Shown here: positions 25,201 through 39,091 of the stretch, piece after piece
How positions within the stretch are numbered: position 1 is the stretch's first letter
How the letters are laid out: the number at the start of each line of letters is the position of its first letter
DNA from: Cycas panzhihuaensis
Taxonomy: Eukaryota > Plantae > Cycadophyta
Direction of reading: 5' to 3'
Assembly (NCBI GenBank): GCA_023213395.1
Contig: CM041465.1
Coordinates: forward strand, 137,585,741-137,649,740
DNA: 64,000 bases
Notes under the pieces: generated by a model
What the model was told of the DNA's origin: nothing
The model's input: the letters and a program-made list of their open reading frames with translations, nothing else
Database searches by the model: none
Position numbers and translations under genes: made by a program

Positions 25201-25562
25201 GTAAAGGGAGGGATCCCTACGTTGAACTTGGGAGTGTGTGGGGACGGCCCCCACATGGCTAGAAGTAGGGGTGCATGCATGTCCCTTAGATCCAATAGGT
25301 GGCGGATATACTATAGTCGGCAGAGGTGTAGACGTTTAACTAGAAGGGGGCATGCTCAACCCAAGTTGGGAAGAGGATATGCCTTGGGTGGTCCTCAAGG
25401 ATCATGGACTATGAGGAGAGGAAGATGAGGCAAAAGATAAACCCATCGTGGTAGAGGAGTTAAATAGGATGGACGAGGTAAGGCAGATGTAGAGGAAGGA
25501 GGTGCAACGCTTCGCAAGATGCTCTTAAACCACTTGGGATGTGCTTGGAGGTGAGGACCAAC
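22205..25562 (-). mobile_element. Element C: internal gag-protease fragment of the A/B Tat-like family
   Basis: WAYDHILMKLFPQSL, MDEFVNYFD, LCSIHGEYFYKDSQC, VVDNGSSINVMP; homologous to B ~6540-9790; no LTRs recognised. Confidence 0.88.
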
Positions 25563-25919
25563 CACATAGTGTATATAATCACATCCATTCAATGGGATGG
25601 ATGTGAGAACCAAGTTAGTGAATTCTAACGGTTCCTAACTGCATCGCTGACCACCGTAATCGAATGGACCTTATATGATGTAATTTTAACTGTTGTCTAA
25701 TGAAATAAAAAGAGTTATGTGAACAATTGTGTGTACTTATTATGGAATGCATGTGAATTGTGGACTTATATGGATGATTAACTAAAGAATATGTATGTTG
25801 ACCACCTGCACACACCTTAGACTATAGTGGAAAAGCCTTGACAAGTGAAGAATTGCAGTAGGAAGTAGATTTCTTAGTCAACGCTTATACTGAACATGTT
25901 TGTTGTAATTGAGTGAGCT

Positions 25920-27142
25920 GACAGAAGTAATTTGTATTCCAAGTGTTCTCATATTACTCTCTGAGGTTTGTTTTTAGGGAATGTTAATTGTTGCCCATTG
26001 CCTTCTTGCATGCTCTTTTCTACCAATGGAACCATTGAAGTTCCTTATCACATAAAGGGAGAGATGCTATTAAGACTTGCTCTTGATCGTGTAGGGTGTA
26101 TGCCTGGAAGTAGATTTCCACATGGAGTATCCAACTGTGAATATCTCTTGATTTGTTAGGACCATTTAAGAAAAAAAAAAAATTGTCCCTTTAATGCCAT
26201 TTTTTGGTTCAAAATCCCTTTGATTTCTTTGCTAGTGGTCCCTTTGGTTCTTTTGTTCATAGAATTCTTCTTCAAACTCCCAACAATCTTTGTGTTTCTG
26301 AGATTTATCTTGTCTTCAAGTTTCTCCTTCTTCTTTAATCTTGTCCAACCTCTTGCTTATGTTGTTTAGTGAATTCTTGAGGTCATTTAGGGTTCCTTCT
26401 AAATGTGTATCCATCCTTTATATCTTATCATTCAGTTGGTTGACCCTTTTATCTATGTCTCCTATTGTTACTAACAGGGTATTCACCATCTTGTTTTGTT
26501 AAAGAGTCCTTCCTGACCTTAGTTCCATTTGAAAGGAAGTTGGGTAAGGAAAGAAAAGGAGGATAGCATTTCCTTATTTTCACTTTGACTTCCTTTGTTA
26601 TAATAAAGTTGAATCTCCTTCAGAATGGCTTCTAACGAACCTCTAATACCGCTTGTAGCAATGCCATAAACCAAATTTATCGAAAACTAGGAAAATAGTG
26701 TGTAATATACATAAAGAATGCAAGCCATCTAATATTTGATATCACACAAGAGAGTACTTAACCAGAATAGATAAATTAAGCTTTTAATATCAATTTTGAA
26801 TATAATAAATGCTATGTACAACTTACAGAAAAAATCACCAGATTCTATCTTTCTCTTCCAGGCAAGGTTCCCTCCCAAATTGTAGCCCTAAAGGCCAAAA
26901 ATACAGCAACCACTATTCACTTTGGATGCCCTAGGAAGAGGCCCAAGATCCTTATAAATAGGCGGCACAAATGGCGCTAAGTAACTCAGCCAAAAGGAGG
27001 ATGGAAGTAAGCTAGAATAATCATTCAAAGTTGGTTAGAATACATTTTGAAGTTGGCCAGAAAATAAGGTAATTCCTACTCACTTTAAGTCAGACAAATA
27101 ACTCTTTAGAATTTGACTAGATAGGAGGAAAGGAATGCTACA
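25920..27142 (-). mobile_element. Chromovirus-type Gypsy 5' fragment: LTR 26654-27142, degenerate tRNA-iMet PBS, gag start
   Basis: TGTAGCA...TGCTACA termini; CTCTAATACCG at ~26641-26651 is a decayed reverse complement of TGGTATCAGAG; minus-strand MELRSGR starts at 26528. Confidence 0.65.
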
Positions 27143-27489
27143 TAGGTCTTCATTATATCCATAGCCTCTCATCATTCGCTAATGAGCTTATATAGAGTGA
27201 AACATGTTCTAATTACACAATATACAATTTGAGTTGTTAATGGAAGACTCTTTTGCAATGTTCTATTAAATCTCTTTTGAATCTCTCGTGTGCTTTATTG
27301 CATCTACTGTTTGCTCACTTTATTAAATATTTTGCTTGCACTTTTCCTCTAAGTAATATGTATTGCTCATTATATCTTCCTCTCCTAAACAAGATGTTCT
27401 ATTTGAGTCTAAGCTATCATAAACCAACACAACAAGATCTTTCAAGACATTCCAAAAGGGTAATAGAGTTAATGAGCATGTAATACAGT

Positions 27490-30230
27490 TAATACTAGGA
27501 GTTTCACTAGTTGACATCTGACCTTATAGACACCCACACCACTTCAAGAAGGAAATACAATAAATCGCCAAGAATTTGTTACAACAAGGAGCTATTGTGG
27601 CCAATTCTAGTCCTTTTCTATCACCAGTTATTTTGATAAAAAAGAAGGATGGGTTGCATTGGATGTGTGTTCACTATCTTGCTCTCAACAAGTTAACAAT
27701 CAAGAATAGGTGTCCAATGCTATGGATTGACGTTTTGTGAGATGAACTACATGGTGCTAAGAACATCTCTAGGATTGATCTTACTTCAGAGACATGCATA
27801 AAATAACTTTATAGACACATCAAGGCTTATTTGAGTTTTGGGTGATACCATTTAGGCTGGTTAATGAATCAATAACATTCCAATGCACCATGAACATGGT
27901 GGTTAAACCATTTATTAAGAAACTTGCCCTACTATTCTTCAATGACATTTTGATTTGTAGCTAAACATTAGACAAATACTTGGAGCATTTGTAGGAAGTT
28001 TTGCAAGTCTTGGAAGAAAACCAATTCTTCACAAATAAATCCAAATCCACCTTTGGACAAATAGAACTAGAATATTTGGGGCATATCATCACCCAAGACA
28101 GAGTAAAGAAGGATCCTAAAAAAAGTCCAAGCCATCGTGAATTTGCCCACGTCAAATAATATTGCAAGTGCCAGATATTTTTTTGGGGCAGTTGGATTTT
28201 TGTGACACTTCATAAAAGGATATGCAATCATAATAGCACCATTAATGAGTCTCACAAAGAAGGGAGCTTTCATATGGCACCAACCAGTAGAACAAGCTTT
28301 CCAAGGATTGAATAATGCCATGCTCACTACCATGTTTTAGCTACACAAGACGTAAGAGAACCGTTTGTTTTGGAATGTGATGCTTAAGGAGTTGGATTAG
28401 AAGCAATTTTGCTTTAGAACAAGCAACCCATAGCTTGTAAAAGTCAGAGACTAAATTCAAGAAAACAACTAAAACATATTTACAACAAGGAAATGCTTAC
28501 AATTATGCATGCCATCCACCAATGGCAACAATACTTAGTAAGGAGAAAATTCTTCGTCAAGACTAATCATGACAGACTTAAGTATTTCTTGAATCAAAGG
28601 GTTTTATCAAACAAGTAACAAAAATGGGTAAGCAAATTGCAAGCTTTCGACTTTGGTATCATCTACAAGAAAGGGAAAGAGAATGTGGTGGTAGATCCAC
28701 TAAGTAGGAATCCAAAGCAACCCACCCTTTGGGCAATTTCGATGGACACACATAGTTGGACACACGAGTTGGTACAAGAATACTAGAAAGATCGAGGGCA
28801 CAACATATACTCTAAAAAATCCAAGCAAGAACACAAACGAAATACAGATTATGGACTGATTTAATTTTGCATAGGGGGAAGATCTTTGTCCCTCATACAT
28901 CAACACTGGAGGAGAAGTTCATTCAAGAAGTTCATGTGACACCATTATTAGGGCATAGGGATCGACAAAATGTATTTCCAAGTCCATAATATATTTTTCT
29001 CAAAAAGTTTGAAAGTAGATGTCTACAAGTTTGTATTAGAATGCAACACTTGTCAAAGAACAATAGCAAAAATATTAGAATTCTAAGATCACTTTACTCG
29101 TTACATATACTAGAACAAAAATAGGAGGAAATATCAATGGATTTTATAATAAGTCTATTGAGATAAGGAAGTAAGGACTTGTTATTTATAGTAGTGGATC
29201 AATTGGCTAAGTATACACACTTTAGAGGTATTCAGTCCATAGTTAAGGCTAGTCAGATTGTCAATCTATTTATTAAAGAATTTTGCATCATGTGGTTTTC
29301 CCAAAGTGATAGTAAGTGATCTAATCTAAAATTCATGAACAACTTTTGACATGAGATGTTCCACCAGGGAGGTACTAAGCTCACAATGAGCATAGCCTAT
29401 CATCCACAAATAGAAGCAGTGAATAAATGTTTGGAAGGCTATCTTCAGAACTTTTCACCTAATAAGTAACAACATTAGCATAAGTGGTTATATCCAACTG
29501 AATGGTGGTACAATACCACCTATCACACCTTGGTCAAGATGACTCTTTTAGGCATTATATGGTTATGAACCCCTATCTCTCCTCCCATGGGCCAATAACT
29601 CCTTGTACTTGTTGTATAGGACCAACAATAATAGTTGGCTCAGATAGTACAAATTTTGAAGGACTATTTTAACTTAGCAAAGAACCATATGCAATAAAAA
29701 GTTGATTTGCATAGATTAGAAAGGCTATTTGACAAAGGAGGTGGGTTTTTTTTAACGCTTCATCGCTTCATCTATATAAACAATTTATGCTAAAGCAGGC
29801 AAGGAGGTTTAAATTATGGCCACAATTTTATGGGCCTTATTAGATCTTGGAGAACGTACAAGAGGTAGCCTACCAACTTGATCTACTACTTAACAACAAA
29901 GTGCACAATGTATTGCACGTCTCTTGTGACAATACTTCCCATGATAATCAAGACAATACTTCCCATATTAGACGAAGAAGGATAGTTTACTATAGAACCT
30001 GAAGCCATTATCCATATTCAAACTAAGCAGCTTTACTCTAAGAAGATTTGTGAGTATTTGATCAGGTGGAGAGGCCTCAACAAGGAAGATGCCACGTGGG
30101 AATCTAAAGCATGGTGCCAACAACATTCTCACATTTCCACGTTTTGAAGGCAAAACATATTTTCAATAGGGAGAACTTGTAGCATTTCTTTTGAATGCAT
30201 AACTAGGCTCTACTCTTAATATTTTGTTCT
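27490..30230 (+). mobile_element. pol: Decayed chromovirus Gypsy pol (RT-RH-INT-chromodomain), PPT and start of 3' LTR
   Basis: SSPFLSPVILIKKKDG, FFNDILI, LECDA*GVG, GPY motif, chromodomain EYLIRWRGLNKEDATWE (~30050-30105), then AGGGAGAAC followed by TGTAGCA at 30178. Confidence 0.85.
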
Positions 30231-30639
30231 TTATTTTTCTCTCTTAATTTTGTTTGGATGCCTTTCTCAAAACCAACTTCTATTTTTAAATTTTACTTCA
30301 CCTGTATATGGGTCATCCTATCCCTATTGTAAGGCATCATTAGCAGATTATCCAATTTGCTATTTTCAGCCCTACCTGGGATTTGTTTTGGGAGGACACC
30401 CCATGTTAAAAAGGGGACGTATTGTGGTGTTCAATAATTGTAAGTTTTGGACATTTTATAAATAATATTGAACTGTTATTATTGTCTTTGTGATTAGTAT
30501 TTTTAATTAATCTTTGAGATTTGGTTATTTTACTTTAGCAATTGTCATCATATCACATGGTATATTTGGATTTGCTTTGCTAAATAGCATAGATCTGTGT
30601 GTTTTCAATTGTTTTTCATATGAATGCCCACTATGATTC

Positions 30640-33600
30640 CTATAGATTGCCTTTGTCTTAAAGAGTTTGCCCTAATCATATGAGAAGTTTGTCATAGTTT
30701 GACAATAGCTGAGAAACTTAAGACAATCACTTTTAATGAACTTGAGGGTTTGCTATTACAACAAGAGTAGTTGTTGAAAGAAAGTAGTAAAGGCAAAACA
30801 TTTGGTGCATATGCAATAAAGTACAAAGGGCATAAGCTCTTTATTTAGAAGAAGAATGTTGCTCCCAAGGAACATAATGCTTAGAAGAAGGGTCTTAAGT
30901 TCTTTAAAGGGCTAGGTAAATCAAGAGTATGTTATTACTATGATAGACCTAGGCACTTTAAAAAAGACCGTAGAAAGTTGTAATATGATTAATAGAAATA
31001 GTATGATTAGTTAAAATAGCAAAAGAAACAATGGTTTGGTTCTTTTTTTGGTCATTCTTCAAGTAAGGATGAAAAGGAATGACTTTTCATACCAATTTAA
31101 TAGTTGAGGTATAATTTTGATGAAGCTTGTTATATTGATTCAAGTGTTGCTAGACACATGACATACAAGTTAGAATGGTTTAGACACGTGTGGGAGGCTA
31201 AAAGTCAATTTGTTATACTTGGTGACGACTCCATACTACAAGATGAAGGAATTGGCTTGGTCTTTATAATTACACCAAGTGGTGAGAGTACTTACATCAA
31301 TGACATTTTGTGTGTACCTAGACTAATGAAGGATATGATCTTTATTAGTCAAATTAAGAAAAGTAACATGAGTGTTCATTTTGAACATGGCAAATATATA
31401 ATCAAAGATAGTAATAGAAAAGTCATAGCAATAGGTATAGAAGAAGATGGCCTTTATAAGTCGAAAGGCAGAAATGTGAATCAAAGAGCATTTACTACTA
31501 ATATAACTCAGAAGAATCATTCATGGCTTAGATGCATGGGACATTTGAATTAGTCTTGTATTTGGTTGATGCTTAAATTGAATATGGTACATGGCTTACC
31601 AAGACTTGAAATTGAAAATTATCTATGTGAACCATGTATAATGATCAAGGAACATCAAGAGAAATTTGAAAGAGGTAAAGCCTTAAGAGCAAAAGAGAAA
31701 TTAGACTTATGTCCACTATGATATTTGTTGACTGTTAGATTGGTTAAGTGTTAACCACATACTTACATTAATGTAAATGTGGTTAATTAGTGAGTTGATT
31801 AGTTGAATGGCCATGATTAACGAAGAGTTGCATCTCTTTAGATGGACGTACCATACAAGTTTGTGTATATATACCAACCCTTAGATTGGATGTATCATCT
31901 CATTATAGTGCAATCAACGTAACCATTGATTTGGCTTAGTGGGCTTTTTCCTGAAACGGTTTTTTGACATAAATCTAGTGTACTACTCTTTGTTATTTGA
32001 TACTTGTTATGTATGTTGAAGATTTGGATGTATGTTGTGCATGTTAAACCATTCACAATCTTAACATGGTATCAGAGCAAGCATCAAACAATTAAGAATA
32101 GTACACAGGATATACCTAGGAAAACTCTTTTGGAAAATACTGCCTTCGCTTGGAGATTTCTAATTGAAGCCTAATTCCTTACATTTCCATTAAAGGGGAT
32201 GCTAGAGTGGTTAAGTGTTAACCATATAGTTAATTAATGTAAATGTGGTTAATTAATGAGTTGATTAGTTGAATAGCCATGATTAACGAAGAGTCGCATT
32301 TCTTTATATGGATGTACCATATAGGTTTATATATATTCCAAGCCCTAGGTTGGACTGTAATGAATGTAATGATTGATTTGGCTTGGTGGGTTTCTTTCTC
32401 AAGAGAGTTTTTCTACATATATTCAGTGTATCATTCTTTGTTATTTGATGCTTGTTGTGTATGCTAAAGATCTGGATGTATGTTGTGCATGTTAAACCAT
32501 TTACAATCTTGGCATGAATTAATACTAACAAGATCACTTGGAGGTGCAAAATAACTTTTTACCTTGATGCTTTCTCAAGGAAAGCATGGGTTTATTCCAT
32601 AATGAGAAGTCACATGCCTTTGATATTTTCAAAGAATTTAAAGAGAAGGCTAAAAATAAAAGTGAACAGGTTAAAAATCCTCAGATCTAATAATAGTGGT
32701 GAATACACCTCCAAAGAATTTGATCAATGTTGTAAGAATCATGGAATCAAAAAGTAGTTCACAACTATATATACACCATAGTAAAATAAAATGACACGAA
32801 GGATGAATATGACTCTTATTGAAAATGCCAAGTTAATATTGAATGCCAAGAGTTTACTAGATTCAACAAGAGCTATGATGCAACAATTTACTTGACGAGC
32901 AAGAGTCCTATAAAGGTTGTTAGGAATGTGATGCTTGAGGAGGCTTGGATAGACAGAAAGCCTACAATGAGCCCTCGTAGAATCTTTGAGTGTATAGGAT
33001 GCATACACATTCCAAAGGAGAAACAATAAAAATTTGATTAAGAAAATTTAAATTGCATTTTCATTTGGTATAATGAGATGGGCAAAACTTATTGAGTGTA
33101 CAGGTGAAAAATCAAAATGGTGCACACAACTTGTGATGCCATATTTGAAGAAAGTGACAAGGAGAAAACCCTAGGTTCATTGCAATTTAGGCAGGAGAAA
33201 GGAAAACAAATCAAGAAACAACTATAATCAAGTTTTTTGAGAGAATTTGTCATGTCGGAATCATAACCGATCAATGCATTAGTTGATACTATTGATGAAG
33301 AGGAGGGATTTGAGGATGTTAAATCTGAAATCATTTTGCTATCAAAGAGGTTGCTTAAATGGTATCTGAAAACAATTGTTGATGCATAGTCACTTGAGAC
33401 ACAAGGTAAGCAAAAATCCAAGATGAGACCTATATAAGGGTCAATTATGCTCTTATGACATAGGTGCTTAATGCAAAAAAGGCTTCCACTTTTAAGGGGG
33501 CAAATTCAGAGAAAAAGTGGAAAGACGTTATAGATGTTGAAATCTGAGCAGTGAGCAAGAATAAAACTTGGGATTTAGTATAATTTCTCAAAGGGAAATG

Positions 33601-35324
33601 TGCAATTGGATGTAGACGGGTTTATATGACCAAATTCATATAAAATGGCTCGATTGAAATATAAAACTAGATTAGTAGCTAAAGGCTTCAAGTAAAAAGG
33701 AGGAGTTGATGATCAGGAGACATTTGCTCTAGTAGTAAAAATGATGACTATAAGGATCATACTTGCTTTCACTTCCTAATTTAAATGGAAATTACACTAG
33801 TTTGATATGAACAGTATTCTCCTTAATGGAGATTTGATAGAAGAGGTCTATATGGAGTAGCCACTTGGATATGCAGAGGAGGGTAAGGGATATTTGGTAT
33901 GTCCCCTCTAAAAAAGGCTTTGTATGGCTTAAAGTAGCTTATTAAAGCCTGGTATTTTTAAAATTGATGATTGTTTTCATAAGAATGGATTTGAAAATTC
34001 GTTAGTTGATTCAAACTTGTATATAAAGGTTCATGATGGAAGATTTGTGGCCTCCATGCTCTTGTATGCTGGTGATTTAGTCATAACAATCAATGATACC
34101 TCAATTGTAAAAGACTTAAAAGAAGATTTGAAGAACACTTGTAAAATGATTGATCTTCGACTACTCCATTATTTCCTCAAATTAGAAGTTTGGTAAAGAC
34201 CTAGTAGGATATCCATTTTACATACTAAATACACATGGAAAATTTTGGAAAAATTCGGAGTGGAGGACTACAAGCCTTCGTTGATCCTAATGGAAGCATG
34301 GACAAAGTTATTAGCTTAAGATGAAGGGAAGTAGGTATATGGCAATTTGTACAGACAAAAAGTTAAAAGTTACATTTATTTGATTACAACTAAACCTAAT
34401 ATTACTTATGCAATAGGCATGGGATCCAAGTTCATGATAGAACTAAAGCAAAGCCATCAGAAAATTGGAAGGAGGATTTTGAGATACTTGTAGGAAACAC
34501 TATAGTATGGACTTGAGTTTACCCACAACAATAATTTTGTCTTGGAGGGTCTTTTTTATTTAGATTAGGTTGGATGCATTGACAGTAGAAGGTTCATTTT
34601 TAGATACTATTTTAGTTTTAGATTAGTTATTGTAACTTGGAGCAACAAAAAACAACCCAATGATGTCATTTCTTTTACTAAAGCATAGCATAACGCTGTA
34701 GTTGTAGCATGCGAAGGCATCTAGTTAAAATTGTTTCTTGGTGATTTAGGTTTTTATTAGAAAGGCATTACAAAGTTGGACCATTATAATTCAAGTACAT
34801 TGAAGATAGCCAAGAATCTAGTGTTTTATGCATGAAACATATTGAGGTGCGTTATCATTTTATTAGATAGAAGACTCAAAATGGAGAGATTGAGTTGATT
34901 TACAAGCCTATTAATGAAAAGTTGGCACACATCTTCACCAAATTGTTGGCACAAGACAAACTTGAGAAGTTTAGAGATGGTATTAATATTAAAGCCAATG
35001 AAATAAACATTAAGGGGAGTGCTAGAATTAATGTTCGCTTGGGTCATAATTTAATGTTGTGAGTCCTAGTGGTTAAGTGAGTCCTTGATGGGTTAGTTTG
35101 AACCATGTGTTATTAAGAGTTACCAAAGTCTTTAGTGGGCGCATGACATGAGTTAGGATAATTACCACTCTAATGGATAGTTATTTGGCCAACACTTGTA
35201 TTTATATCTATATCATACTTTGTATCACACAATTCAATATTAATAGAAAATATTTGAAGATAGACTAATTTTACTACAAAATCTTTATTTGTTGTTCTAT
35301 TATTAACTCAATTTTTTTCTTACA
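30640..35324 (+). mobile_element. Decayed Ty1/Copia element (gag-PR-INT-RT-RH, PPT, 3' LTR ~35020-35324)
   Basis: Zinc-knuckle relic near 30930, YIDSSVARHMT protease, WLRCMGHLN, integrase split by the TRIM, LLYAGDL (YVDD relic), KHIEVRYHFI, then AAGGGGAG followed by TG. Confidence 0.88.
31733..32514 (+). mobile_element. TRIM (terminal-repeat retrotransposon in miniature) nested in the Copia integrase
   Basis: Direct repeats 31733-32066 and 32200-32514 (TG...CA); perfect PBS TGGTATCAGAGC at 32067-32078; PPT AAAGGGGA; 133-bp non-coding interior; degenerate TSD TTGAC/TGAAT. Confidence 0.92.
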
Positions 35325-36229
35325 TAGATAATACTTGGTGGGAGTGAGAGTAGACAAACTCAATATTCTAGGTTGTAGCTTATCTTCAAGGTAAAATTTG
35401 ATGTAAAAAATTAAATACTATAATCTAAAGCATAGTATCCTAACACTAGTTTGACAAAATGACAAAATACAGTTGCCAATTTAAAAATCAAATTAGTAAT
35501 TAGATTAAACTTACGGCTAGCTAAAAGGAGGTTATTGATAAATTACAACTAATTGCTAGGAAGGGTTTAATAAACTAGGTTTAGGTTAATGAGACATGGA
35601 AGTTTGGCTGAATGCTTGAATGTTATGTAATGTTTGAATGCTCACATGTTATGAAAAAATGAAGAAAGAATAAAATTTTAAGTCAAAGAATATTTCTAAT
35701 AAAAAAATTTCTCTAGGATATTTTAAAACATAAATTTTATAATATTTATGCAAAAATATTTTTTATTATTATATTTTAGACTAGGTCGGGTGTTGGAGCA
35801 TATCACTTAGTACTACATTTTGATGTAAAAAATGTTCCAAGTTGGACTCCTAGGAGATTTATAGAGGTGAATGGGATGAAAGGGTGACAAATTTCAACAA
35901 ACTAGAAACTAATTCTCTCTTTAAGACTCAACATCTTTAAAGAAAAAAAAAAAAAAAAATTTAATATTTGATTTATAACTTCACAAGAAATATAAATATA
36001 AGCATACTAGGCAAAATCAAGTTGATCTATGTTAGTGATTGGTGTGCATTTTTGCATATCAATTTGGCGAGGCTCCTTTGAGTGTTGCGTGTTTTTGTTT
36101 TCGTGCGAAGATGAATGGGCATGATAGGGATCAACCCCTGTGCAGTACCATGTACTTCTGTTCTTCCTTGATAGTGAATTGAATTTACTATGAACTATGC
36201 CTATATTATATTTCTTGTCTTCATTGCAT

Positions 36230-36795
36230 GAGAACAAATACAAGGTAGAATGGGATGAAGCAAGCTCTGAGGTGAGTTAGATGTGAATGGTAGGAGAGGG
36301 AAATGCGCTCTAGAGTGCAAACGTGATCTTGCTGCTGGGAATCTCACACCTACAAGCTGTAAGAGTGGAAAGAAATGCAAACGGAGGCCACCTGCGCTTG
36401 GGTTTCTGAATACTAACGATTGCAACGGATGCAGGGAAAGCAGTTAGGTTAAAATTTGAGTAGAGGCCAAGGATTTTAAGGATGAGGGACCTAGAGGAGT
36501 GTTGAGTTTGTAAGAAAAAAAAAGATAAAAAAGACTGGAAGAAAATTGGATGATTTATCTCCAGAACTGATCTGGAAAGAATTGGCTCTGATACCAATTG
36601 TAGGGGTCCTGCCACTCCAGCATACAACGGGGACCATGTTCTAGCAAAATTGCCTCCAAATGGAGATGCCTGAAGGCAGAATAATACAGCAACAAATATT
36701 TGATGCCCATTCCCTAAGGCTGCAACCCTTATAAGTAGACACCCGCTAACACCCACATGGTGTGGTTGGCTTCCTAGCCATCTTGGGCCACTACA
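36230..36795 (-). mobile_element. Truncated LTR element: 197-bp LTR (36599-36795), tRNA-iMet PBS and short leader
   Basis: GCTCTGATACCA at 36585-36596; TGTAG...CTACA termini. Left boundary approximate. Confidence 0.7.
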
Positions 36796-36839
36796 GGGTT
36801 AGTAAAATCAGTGAGGTCAGTGATCAGGGGTCAATGGAA

Positions 36840-37880
36840 TCGACATGAGGTTAGGGATTTGAGTTAGGACATGTGCCCAAGATGGCTTTTCAAACCAACA
36901 CGGAGATGAAATTATGTTCATACCTTTCAAGGTTGTGCCATTGAATTTGCAACCTTCCAAATTCGTGGGAACAACTTGAGAACTATTCATTAAAAAGTTT
37001 GTAATCCTCTTATTCGATGATGTGGTATTATCGAAGATTGCTTTTTCATGCTAAGCAGGTGTTGTCCATGCTGCATCAATTTGGCTAAGAAAGAATAAAC
37101 TATTTGGGGCTTTGCCTTCCCGTAATAGTAGTTCAGGTTGATGAGAGGGAACATTAGAGCAATCAAAAGTTGATCTAACCCAGTAACCTCTTGCAACATG
37201 GAACCCTTTCCTGGTTAGCTTCGTCCTGCAGATGATTTGTTTAAGACTTTCACACAAAGAAGCCTCATTCTAACAAGAATTTTTGAGAGTTACTTCCATT
37301 AGACTGAAGTTCTTGGAAGTGTCATTGGGGTTACAGTCATTGAAACCAAAAAAGTCATTTGCTTCAAGAACAAAAATGATGACAGTGAGTGGTTAAGAGC
37401 TATAGATGTTCGCCATATTTGTGTTTCAGTGATAACATCTACAAGTAACACTACTTCCCAAACTGATCGCCCAGCTTGAAGTATTATCTGACCCAATTGG
37501 TGCTTGCTTAATGGGACATAGAAATGATGGCAAAATACCATAACAAGTACCAGACTGCACCATTAGGACATACAAAGGCAGAGTCAGCAAGGTGTGTGTG
37601 TTATCTGGAATTTTTATTGTTAAGTGATTGCTACCATTAGATTTCTAATTTAGCAGATTCAGGACATACTTTATTTTTGTCTTTGAACAACATAGTGCTT
37701 AGAGATAAATAGAGGCCGCATGGGAAGAATGCATTCTTGCACAACACTCCTTTTTCATAGATCAATAGGGATTTACTTCTGTAGAAGGGCAGAATTTTCA
37801 TCCTGCCTAATTATGAATTTGGAATGGGGATTGCCATTCACACCCTATTGGCGGTCACAAAGGATTTGGGAAAAATATGT
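36840..37880 (+). pseudogene. Highly decayed Gypsy RT and integrase remnants
   Basis: VPKMAFQT and FIKKFVILLFDDVV near 36870-37030; HPIGGHKGFG near 37838-37870. Confidence 0.45.
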
Positions 37881-38878
37881 TTGAACATAAGAATCCATTT
37901 TTATCATGCCAGTTTTTGTACGAGGATAAAAAATAAGTTAAGAAATTTGTCAAACGAACGTTCCCTATCTTGAGCCAACAAGTTATTGAACGTTTCTGTT
38001 TGTGGATTTGACTTTAGATTAGATTGAATGAGTCCTATAGGTGGCCCGACAAACTCCAGCTAGTGGTTAGATGAGAAATATGCAATTGCTGATTGAATCA
38101 CTAAGCACACAAACTTCCTGGCCAAGTGGACCATACAAAGCCTCTCTTGTGACATAATCCTTTTTAACTTATGGGAACATAAATGTCTTAAGGGTTCCAC
38201 CTATCACCCTCAGATTCATGTCCAAACATGTATACGATAGAAGACTTGGAAGAGTGTGTTCAACACTTGCTTGTAAAATGACTAGTTTTATAGTGTTCTT
38301 ACATAAATTTGTAAGAATATCTCTAGTTGCATCAGTATTTGAGGCCTTGTTTGGATTTGGGGCTTATATGAACATTTCTTGGCAGAAGTGTAATACGATT
38401 TACTCACAAGAGAATGCACTGATGACATGGTGAAAGAGCTGAACGCAGAGCTGTTGGTGCCAAGACTTGGGAGACCTCTCTTGACCTTCACTTTGATGAC
38501 CAATTCCATTCATATTGTGATGATTTAATGTGCAAATAAAATAACTATGATGTGGTTAGGTGGCTATTGCACCCAACATGATTATAGAAGAGGCTTTAAG
38601 TTGCAGTTGCAACTCTTGCAATTTATCTTGTTCTTTGGATTTTTTCAAGATCAGTTATTCCTCTGACAAATATGACCCTTATTTGGGTTGATTTGCTAGC
38701 TTAGCCCTGGAGTAGACTCAGATGTGGATTCTTCTGTTCCACCTGCTTGTATAAATATTGTTGTGTATGAGATTTGTGGTATAAATATTAATGCTTTAAT
38801 AATGACATTGATTAAAAAAAAAAAAAGCTATGGAAATTAGATGTCCTAACTGCGATGTTGTTGTGTGCAACAGTACCA

Positions 38879-39091
38879 CATATATCCTCTTTATCTGTTT
38901 CAGCTGTAAAAGTTAGATTAAACTCAACAGTTGTAAGATGGCTTGGATTCAGAACAAGGCAATCTGTGAAGACTTGAAGTTGTAGCATATATATCCTTTT
39001 TATCTACTTCAGCTGTAAAAGTTAGATTAAACAGTGTAGTAACAAGGTCGTTTGGGTTCAAACCAAGGCAATCTGTTAATACTTAATTGTG
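38879..39091. repeat. Two diverged tandem copies of a ~107-bp unit
   Basis: TTCAGCTGTAAAAGTTAGATTAAAC and CAAGGCAATCTGT each occur twice. Confidence 0.85.

Noticed and set aside
38410-38520. Box C/D snoRNA or miRNA candidate (TGATGA, CTGA motifs)
   Set aside because: Box spacing is wrong, there is no terminal stem, and I recognise no rRNA guide or conserved miRNA sequence.
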